From Chiloscyllium plagiosum (taxonomy: Eukaryota), in contig NC_057728.1 of assembly GCF_004010195.1 (NCBI RefSeq), forward strand, positions 54,748,496 to 54,787,958: a stretch of DNA of 39,463 nucleotides. Reading direction: 5' to 3'. Positions within the stretch are counted from its first letter, which is position 1. Each line of letters opens with the position of its first letter. Made by a program: the position numbers and the translations under genes. The notes under the pieces are model-generated. The model was not told the DNA's origin, made no database searches, and saw only the letters and a program-made list of their open reading frames with translations. Of this stretch, positions 36,501 to 39,463 are shown in pieces.

Positions 36501-38868
36501 NNNNNNNNNNNNNNNNNNNNNNNNNNNNNNNNNNNNNNNNNNNNNNNNNNNNNNNNNNNNNNNNNNNNNNNNNNNNNNNNNNNNNNNNNNNNNNNNNNNN
36601 NNNNNNNNNNNNNNNNNNNNNNNNNNNNNNNNNNNNNNNNNNNNNNNNNNNNNNNNNNNNNNNNNNNNNNNNNNNNNNNNNNNNNNNNNNNNNNNNNNNN
36701 NNNNNNNNNNNNNNNNNNNNNNNNNNNNNNNNNNNNNNNNNNNNNNNNNNNNNNNNNNNNNNNNNNNNNNNNNNNNNNNNNNNNNNNNNNNNNNNNNNNT
36801 GGTTAGCACTGCTGCCTCACAGCGCTAGAGACCCGGGTTCAATTCCCGCCTCAGGCGACTGACTGTGTGGAGTTTGTACGTTCTCCCCGTGTCTGCGTGG
36901 GTTTCCTCCGGGTGCTCCGGTTTCCTCTCACAGTCCAAAGATGTGCAGGTCAGGTGAATTGGCCATGTTAAATTGCCCATAGCATTAGGTAAGGGGTAAA
37001 TGTAGGGGTATGGGTGGGTTGCGCTTCGGCGGGGTGGTGTGGACTTGTTGGGCCGAAGGGCCTGTTTCCACACTGTAAGTAATCTAATCTAATCTAATCT
37101 TTTGAGAGAAGTAATTCCTCCTCACCTCTGTTTGAAATCTGCTGTCCCTTAACCTAAAACTAAGACCTCTTGTTCTAGTTGATGAAACATTTGCTCTAGT
37201 CCATTTTGTCAATCCCCTTCACAAGGGGACAATCACAAAGGCCAACCTCCCATCTATAGAATCCATCTATCAGGCCCACTGTCAAGGAAAGGCCGTCAGC
37301 ATTCTTAAAGATCCATCCCACCCTGGCAATGTTTTATTACAATCTCTACCATTGGGGAGAAGGTACAGAAGCCTGAACACACGCACCAGCTGGTTTTGTA
37401 AGAATTTCTACCCTATTGTTGTTAGAATACTGAATAGACTTACAAACTCTTAACATTTGCCTGTACCTGTGTTTTTGTTTTTGCCGCTGTTTACCTATTA
37501 TTTGCTTATCTATGCTACTTAACTCTGTGATCTGCCTGTATTGCTCACAAGACAAAGCTTTTCACTGTGCCTCGGTACACGTGACAATAAATTCAATTCA
37601 ATTCAATTCAATTCCCTTCAGGATCTAGTATACTTCAATCAAATCTCTCATTTCCCCTGGTGTGGTCTCTCCAAAATCCTCTTCAATTGTAGCCAGATTT
37701 CCTTATCTTTGTACCCCTATCTCTTACACCATCTGCCTTTCTAATTCCTTGTCGTACCCGCATGCTAACTTTCTGCATTCTTTGTACAAATACAGCCAAA
37801 TCTCTCTGAGCATCAACAATAAATTTAGAAAATATTCTGTTTTATGTTTCTTACTATCAAAATGAATAAACTGACACCTTCTCACATTACACTCCATCTG
37901 CCAATTGTTTAACCCATCTATATCTCATTGCAGTCTCTTTCTATCCCTTCTGAAATATTTATATTACAGGCCTTTTGGGTCCAACTTGTTTATGCTGCAT
38001 AAGAGCATCTTTAGCCCTATTTCACCTCACCCTTCTCCCTCATGTATTTACCTAGCCTCCACTTAAAAACATACTATTCTACAGGCAAGGGAGCTTTTGT
38101 CTGAACTCGTTATACAGTTGTATAACACGGAAACAGGCTTTTCGGTCCATCCCGATCAGATAGCCTAAATTAATCTAATCCATTTGCCAGCACTTGGCCC
38201 ATATCCCACTAAACCCTTCTTATTCATATACCCATCCAGATGCCTTTTAAATGTTGTAATTTAAACAGTAGATTTGGATCAGTGCAGGTTTGGATTGTTG
38301 AAGGGCCTGTTCCTGGGCTGTAAATTTTCTTTGTTTTTTTGTACCAGCAGCTTCCCCTGGCAGCTGATTCCACACACGCACCACTCTCTGTGTGAAAAAA
38401 GTTACCCCTTGGGTCCCTTTTATCCCTCTTGATTGTATTTACTGGTGTAAATTTAGAGCAAAGTGTAAATTTTTCTTTTCTCCACTTACTCTGTTAAACC
38501 CCATTCATCACCTTAAAGGCCTCTGTCAAGCCACATCAAGCCTAAGAGATCCATCTATCCTTGTTTCCTGATCATGTCTAATGTCTCAGTTCTGGTGTCA
38601 TTCATATAAAACATTTAATGAGCTCTTTGATGTATGCCAAGCATGTGTATCCACCTGAAATGGGTTAGATATTGCTAGTGCGTGCTGTGGTTAATTAATG
38701 ACTAACCTAGAATACTGTTGCAACAGAATAAGCGGAAATGTGCATGCAAGGACAATTATATTGGAGACGGAACTAATTGCACTGTAAAAGAGCTCCTTGT
38801 GAATCGATGTCTGCAAGACAATGGCAAATGTCATGCGGATGCCAACTGTGCTGACCTGCATTACGAGG
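1521..38868 (+). CDS. STAB2: Stabilin-2 (HARE), internal multi-exon portion: join(1521-1592,1714-1833,1948-1995,4481-4564,4657-4803,7040-7180,9523-9582,12169-12345,14317-14406,15371-15517,16605-16661,17921-18044,22675-22824,26246-26350,30483-30590,34615-34808,38727-38868)
   Basis: 17 AG/GT-bounded exons with matching phases join to an open 1966-nt frame. The domain order EGF-EGF-FAS1-FAS1-Cys linker-LamEGF-EGFs is that of stabilins. Motifs GPFTVF.P, QVLRYH, NLTTLA..NGY, DP.H.PVTLF.P, EYLKFH.IRDAK and [14 protein letters not shown] match human STAB2 as recalled. Confidence 0.93.
1714..1833 (+). CDS. STAB2: STAB2 exon, EGF-like ([40 protein letters not shown])
   Basis: ttacag| ... |gtgtgt; 120 nt, phase 0/0. 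Confidence 0.93.
1948..1995 (+). CDS. STAB2: STAB2 exon, start of FAS1 domain ([16 protein letters not shown])
   Basis: Pyrimidine tract ctttctttccag| ... |gtaaca; 48 nt; aligns to recalled human ELPKNPKTSQYFFQLQ. Confidence 0.88.
2136..2562 (+). mobile_element. HE1/V-SINE-like tRNA-derived SINE with two different 3' halves
   Basis: A box TGGCTCAGTGG, B box GGTTCAATTCC, core TGTGTGGAGTTTGCAC.TTCTCCC; AATCT-type tail at ~2425-2442 followed by a second 3' half. Confidence 0.8.
2651..2971 (+). mobile_element. Young HE1-like SINE
   Basis: A/B boxes, CpGs retained, (AATCT)n tail, possible ATTTC TSD; closely matches 36800-37100; interrupts an older SINE. Confidence 0.9.
3525..3660 (-). mobile_element. 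LINE 3' end (decayed GLQ.FKK.AHHH-type ORF2 end) sharing its tail with SINE family B
   Basis: Minus strand ends ...gggatagataataaatgttggccaagccagcaaccctcacatcccatgaatga, like the SINE tails at ~7860-7925 and ~10205-10270. Confidence 0.6.
3995..4120. repeat. 42-bp minisatellite, 3 diverged copies
   Basis: ATCTGGTA(T/C)TATC... units start at 3995, 4037 and 4079. Confidence 0.9.
4100..4400 (-). mobile_element. Decayed CR1 LINE 3' end
   Basis: gtaggctattcaacccgtcgagcctgctc... similar to the minus-strand CR1 ends at ~18240 and ~31700. Confidence 0.65.
4481..4564 (+). CDS. STAB2: STAB2 exon, FAS1 H1 motif ([28 protein letters not shown])
   Basis: ttccgtacag| ... |gtaggt; 84 nt; FAS1 motif GPFTVF.P.N.AF. 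Confidence 0.95.
4657..4803 (+). CDS. STAB2: STAB2 exon, FAS1 ([23 protein letters not shown]...[10 protein letters not shown])
   Basis: atttag| ... |gtgaga; 147 nt; FAS1 LRYH motif; an alternative in-frame AG lies 6 nt downstream. Confidence 0.92.
4985..5285 (+). mobile_element. DeuSINE (SacSINE1/AmnSINE1-like) copy
   Basis: tRNA-like head TAGCTCAGTTGGTAGC...GAGTTCAAGCCCC; Deu-domain-like TCAACCAACATCACTAAAA...TGGTCATT...CTTGCTGTGCATAAATTG (family recalled from memory). Confidence 0.65.
5621..5965 (-). mobile_element. HE1-like SINE, older subfamily, full length
   Basis: Reverse complement begins GGCAGCATGGTGGCTCAGAGGTTAGCACTGCTGCCTCAC and ends CCTGTTTCCACACTGTAGGGAATCTATGATTC. Confidence 0.88.
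5962..6097 (+). pseudogene. Partial duplicate (pseudo-exon) of the STAB2 exon at 7040-7180, including its donor site and 18 nt of intron
   Basis: 5963-6079 aligns without gaps to 7064-7180 (12 differences in 117 nt by hand count), then identical GTAAGGATGTCAATGTTC; lacks the acceptor and first 8 codons. Confidence 0.9.
6516..6655. repeat. Imperfect (CT)n / polypyrimidine microsatellite inside a probable L2-type LINE 3' end (~6380-6780)
   Basis: About 140 nt of almost pure C/T; flanks resemble the second L2-like end at ~18790-19010. Confidence 0.85.
7040..7180 (+). CDS. STAB2: STAB2 exon, FAS1 H2 motif ([33 protein letters not shown]...YKY)
   Basis: ttcacag| ... |gtaagg; 141 nt; NGVVH.ID.LL motif. 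Confidence 0.95.
7574..7931 (+). mobile_element. tRNA-derived SINE, family B (not named here)
   Basis: Head TGGCCTCGTGGTATT...GGACCCAGGTTTGCATC, body ACCCATCTGGTTCACTAAT...GGCCTACATGT, tail CATGAATGAATAAAA; several copies in the window. Confidence 0.8.
9523..9582 (+). CDS. STAB2: STAB2 exon, start of next FAS1 ([20 protein letters not shown])
   Basis: tttttctctcttcag| ... |gtaagc; 60 nt. Confidence 0.93.
9936..10274 (+). mobile_element. SINE family B copy
   Basis: Colinear with 7574-7931 (GGCCTACATGTGACTCCAGACCCACAGCAATGTGGTTGA). Confidence 0.8.
11403..11595 (-). mobile_element. tRNA-derived SINE, family C
   Basis: Reverse complement starts GCTAGATCAGTTGGCTGGATGACTGGTTTGCA...CAATTCCC and ends GACTATTGCGACTTTACCTTT. 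Confidence 0.5.
12169..12345 (+). CDS. STAB2: STAB2 exon, FAS1 ([23 protein letters not shown]...[12 protein letters not shown])
   Basis: cattccag| ... |gtaatc; 177 nt. Confidence 0.95.
14317..14406 (+). CDS. STAB2: STAB2 exon, FAS1 ([30 protein letters not shown])
   Basis: tctctccag| ... |gtgagt; 90 nt; KTLQGS motif. Confidence 0.93.
15371..15517 (+). CDS. STAB2: STAB2 exon, FAS1 end ([31 protein letters not shown]...[12 protein letters not shown])
   Basis: cccacag| ... |gtttgt; 147 nt. Confidence 0.92.
16257..16460. mobile_element. Palindromic Penelope-type terminal element (inverted pseudo-LTR remnant)
   Basis: TGCTGGAGAAACTCAGCAGGT...CTGTGGAGAGA is mirrored by TCTCTCCACAG...ACCTGCTGAGTTTCTCCAGCA; decayed hammerhead-like centre. 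Confidence 0.75.
16605..16661 (+). CDS. STAB2: STAB2 exon, Cys-rich linker ([19 protein letters not shown])
   Basis: tttcacacag| ... |gtaaag; 57 nt; matches recalled human GECGSCVNTPSCPRWSKPK. Confidence 0.93.
16770..17445 (+). mobile_element. Two abutting LINE fragments: a decayed RT segment (~16770-16975), then a CR1 ORF2 C-terminus (~16987-17445)
   Basis: [18 protein letters not shown]...[18 protein letters not shown] motif in ORF 16881..17156. Confidence 0.8.
17921..18044 (+). CDS. STAB2: STAB2 exon, Cys-rich linker ([41 protein letters not shown])
   Basis: gctcag| ... G|gtgggt; 124 nt, phase 0/1; P.CC..YFG..C motif; absent from the ORF track. Confidence 0.9.
18240..18620 (-). mobile_element. 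CR1 LINE 3' fragment
   Basis: [21 protein letters not shown] in ORF 18399..18620(-). Confidence 0.8.
19029..19503 (-). mobile_element. Penelope-like element terminal fragment with 8-bp flanking direct repeat AGGTGATG
   Basis: AGGTGATG at 19021-19028 and 19504-19511; carries a hammerhead motif. Confidence 0.7.
19115..19149 (-). ncRNA. Minimal type I hammerhead ribozyme motif, core intact
   Basis: Minus strand TAC-CTGATGA-A-GGAGC-AAC-GCTCT-GAAA-GCTT-GTA: stem I TAC/GTA, 5-bp stem II with one G.U, palindromic AAGCTT in place of helix III. Confidence 0.7.
20005..20440 (-). mobile_element. CR1 LINE 3' fragment
   Basis: MYKLMRGM...RFKVR...FSQR....DSLP in ORF 20122..20334(-). Confidence 0.75.
20441..20632 (-). 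mobile_element. HE1-like SINE 3' half
   Basis: CATAGAATCCCTGTAGTGTGGAAGAAGGCCATTTGGCCC...CACCTAACCTGCACATC. Confidence 0.8.
20960..21068 (+). mobile_element. Penelope-type terminus with a broken hammerhead core
   Basis: AGTT-CTCAGGA-AGG...CCG-GAAA-CATC-AACT, then the same arm as at 16360-16420. Confidence 0.65.
22097..22132 (+). ncRNA. Degenerate type I hammerhead motif of a distinct family
   Basis: CTGTC-CTGATGC-GT-GCAAG-AT-GAAA-AGCT-TC-AACAG; three substitutions from a canonical fold, including A9->C. Confidence 0.5.
22165..22545 (+). mobile_element. CR1 (HER1-like) LINE 3' end
   Basis: RLR....[33 protein letters not shown] in ORF 22116..22406; 3' UTR GGACTGAAGGGTCTGTTTC. Confidence 0.85.
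22675..22824 (+). CDS. STAB2: STAB2 exon, laminin-type EGF ([50 protein letters not shown])
   Basis: tttgtttcag| ... G|gtacga; 150 nt, phase 1/1. Confidence 0.96.
24150..24630. mobile_element. Two Penelope-type termini in inverted orientation (~24150-24390 +, ~24530-24630 -)
   Basis: CTGCCTGACCTGCT...TTTTCCAGCA...GATCTCCAGCATCTGCAGTCCTCACTTTC and its reverse complement about 290 nt downstream. Confidence 0.7.
24783..25790 (-). mobile_element. Penelope-like retroelement 3' fragment: decayed GIY-YIG endonuclease plus terminal repeat
   Basis: Minus frames C..CNTC...[24 protein letters not shown]...QCG*LYIEET and [21 protein letters not shown]; hammerhead remnant CTGATGA-A-GAGTC-AACTA-GACTC-AAAA at 24845-24883. 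Confidence 0.85.
26246..26350 (+). CDS. STAB2: STAB2 exon, EGF-like ([35 protein letters not shown])
   Basis: ttccctcag| ... G|gtaagg; 105 nt, phase 1/1. Confidence 0.94.
   Translation, partial: PAIALKMESVKMASMAKGYVSATRAGLEIDVKHS
26425..26557 (-). mobile_element. DeuSINE fragment
   Basis: Reverse complement ...GGGAGTAGTGCATTG...TGTCCTTCAGATGAGATATAAACAGAGGCCC... resembles the recalled Deu domain. Confidence 0.5.
26558..27988 (+). mobile_element. Young 5'-truncated CR1 LINE (reverse transcriptase to 3' tail) spanning an assembly gap
   Basis: Open RT frame [35 protein letters not shown]; after the gap a CR1 3' UTR ending (TTCTATG)3. Continuity across the gap is inferred. Confidence 0.9.
26899..27827. 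other. Assembly gap (929 N)
   Basis: Run of N. Confidence 1.
28736..28876. mobile_element. Collapsed Penelope-type inverted terminus containing a perfect 25-bp inverted repeat
   Basis: Arms 28736-28760 and 28776-28800; continues into the same terminal sequence as 24155-24242; sits inside a minus-strand family B SINE (~28608-28725, ~29010-29150). Confidence 0.8.
29256..29967 (+). mobile_element. Solo LTR (712 bp) with 4-bp TSD GTAT, inserted in a CR1 3' end
   Basis: TGTTATG...CGTAACA termini; GTAT at 29252-29255 and 29968-29971; CCAAT x3, TATAA, AATAAA; the flanks rejoin into CR1 sequence (~29170-30145). Confidence 0.9.
30483..30590 (+). CDS. STAB2: STAB2 exon, EGF-like ([36 protein letters not shown])
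   Basis: gggcag| ... G|gtgcgt; 108 nt, phase 1/1. Confidence 0.93.
30871..31180 (-). mobile_element. HE1-like SINE, older subfamily
   Basis: Reverse complement ATGGTGGCTCAGTGGTTAGC...CCCAGGTTCAATTCCAGCC; colinear with 5621-5965. Confidence 0.88.
31700..32252 (-). mobile_element. CR1 LINE 3' fragment
   Basis: [31 protein letters not shown] in ORF 31957..32142(-). Confidence 0.85.
32506..32665. mobile_element. Tc1/mariner-pogo (Tigger-like) MITE, 160 bp, TA target duplication
   Basis: Left TA|AAGAGGAACCTCAATTATTCAAA versus reverse-complemented right TA|CAGAGGAACCTCGATTATCCGAA (19/23 match). Confidence 0.85.
33078..33442 (-). mobile_element. SINE family B copy
   Basis: Reverse complement colinear with 7574-7931. 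Confidence 0.75.
34030..34196. mobile_element. Palindromic Penelope-type terminal element with two back-to-back decayed hammerhead remnants
   Basis: CTGGCAGCAACTGTGGAGAG...CAGAGTT...GAGTCCA mirrored by TGGACTC...AACTCTG...CTCTCCACAGATGCTGCCAG. Confidence 0.75.
34615..34808 (+). CDS. STAB2: STAB2 exon, EGF-like x1.5 ([18 protein letters not shown]...[22 protein letters not shown])
   Basis: aatgcag| ... |gtaagt; 194 nt, phase 1/0. Confidence 0.96.
35030..35265 (-). mobile_element. tRNA-derived SINE, family D (related remnant at ~15000-15200)
   Basis: Reverse complement head TGTGACTCAATAGGTAACATCC...CAGGTTCAAGTC; shared GCTGACCAGG..TCT.TCCCACTC motif at ~15050 and ~35080. Confidence 0.5.
35986..36164 (+). 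mobile_element. HE1-like SINE 5' part, cut by a gap
   Basis: TTAGCATTGCTGCCTCACAG...GGGTTCAATTCC...GGAGTTTGCACGTTCTC. Confidence 0.85.
36165..36799. other. Assembly gap (635 N)
   Basis: Run of N. Confidence 1.
36800..37100 (+). mobile_element. Young HE1-like SINE with (AATCT)4 tail
   Basis: Near-identical to 2664-2960. Confidence 0.92.
37222..37613 (+). mobile_element. Rex1/Babar-clade LINE 3' fragment with (ATTCA)n tail and TSD, nested in a minus-strand CR1 remnant
   Basis: Open frame 37229-37453 ...LPSIESIY...[10 protein letters not shown]...LP.GRRYRSL.TRT..F...FYP..VRILN*; AATAAA then (ATTCA)4; CCCTTCA at 37215-37221 and 37614-37620. Confidence 0.85.
38110..38430 (-). mobile_element. 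CR1 3' end interrupted by a ~80-nt plus-strand CR1-type tail (~38262-38340)
   Basis: ACGGAAACAGGCTTTTCGGTCCA...CCATCCAGATGCCTTTTAAATGTTGTAATT|...|GTACCAGC; the insert ends GAAGGGCCTGTTCCTGGGCTGTAAATTTTCTTTGTTT. Confidence 0.7.
38727..38868 (+). CDS. STAB2: STAB2 exon preceding the Link domain ([18 protein letters not shown]...[22 protein letters not shown])
   Basis: caacag| ... G|gtaggt; 142 nt, phase 0/1; branch-point-like TGACTAAC at 38699-38706. Confidence 0.94.
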
Positions 38869-39171
38869 GTAGGTATTGTTCATGTTTTAATGTACACATC
38901 TGTTGCAGAACAAGAGTTACCAGTAGAACGGTGACCATTTCTATAGAGGACTGTTAGTTACACTATATTCTGCATTGTTTTAATCTATAATTCCAAACAG
39001 CCTTTAAATGTACTGAGAAGCAGGCACATTGTGTCAGATTATAGATCATATGATGGGGGTTACACTGCAACCTATTTTGAAATAATGGATTTTTGGGAAG
39101 GGCATCATGCTGTCCAACCCTGCAGCCAAAATGTTGAGAATGCCGAACTCCCAGTGACTCCCGCAGCAATT

Positions 39172-39343
39172 CCTCATTCTTGCATGGGATGTGGGCATTG
39201 CTGACAGGGCCAACATGTGTTACACATCCCTAATTGCCCTGGAACTGAATGTCCTGCTAGGCTATTTCAGAGGGCAGTTGAGAGGCAACCATGTTGCTGT
39301 GGATCCGGAGTCACATGTAGGCCAGACCAGGTAAAGACGGCAG
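39172..39343 (-). mobile_element. SINE family B 3' part, interrupted by a Penelope-type terminus
   Basis: CATGGGATGTGGGCATTGCTG...GGAGTCACATGTAGGCCAGACCAGGTAA. Confidence 0.75.
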
Positions 39344-39344
39344 G

Positions 39345-39463
39345 CAAAAACAATGACTGCAGATGCTGGAAACCAGATTCTGGATTAGTGGAAGAGCACA
39401 GCAGTTCAGGCAGCATCCGAGGAGCAGTAAAATTGACGTTTCGGGCAAAAGTCCTTCATCAGA
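39345..39463 (-). mobile_element. Penelope-type terminus with a hammerhead core at 39431-39463, runs off the window
   Basis: Same terminal family as 24530-24630; minus strand T-CTGATGA-A-GGAC-TTTT-GCCC-GAAA-CGTC-AATT. Confidence 0.75.

Noticed and set aside
1521..38868. Alternative assignment as STAB1
   Set aside because: Residue-level matches such as EYLKFH.IRDAK, DP.H.PVTLF and [14 protein letters not shown] follow recalled STAB2; reciprocal BLAST and synteny would confirm.

Overview
Eukaryotic DNA, probably from a shark: the SINE, CR1 and Penelope repertoire is elasmobranch-like, but the species is an inference. The window holds 17 consecutive + strand internal coding exons (1521-38868) of a stabilin-2 (STAB2/HARE) gene. 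All have GT-AG ends, are phase-compatible, and splice to 1966 nt (655 codons +1) with no stop. They encode EGF-like repeats, two FAS1 domains, a Cys-rich linker, a laminin-EGF and further EGF repeats up to just before the Link domain. The gene starts and ends outside the window. Introns are dense with mobile DNA (CR1, L2-like and Rex1 LINE fragments, at least four tRNA-derived SINE families, Penelope-like elements, a solo LTR with TSD, a TA-flanked MITE) and contain two N gaps. Most notable: minimal hammerhead-ribozyme motifs at Penelope-type termini, with intact cores only antisense to STAB2; an in-frame but acceptor-less duplicate of a FAS1 exon fused to a SINE head; a promoter-complete solo LTR; and a perfect 25-bp hairpin. 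Most ORFs in the supplied track are spurious. All comparisons are by eye or from memory, not from database searches.
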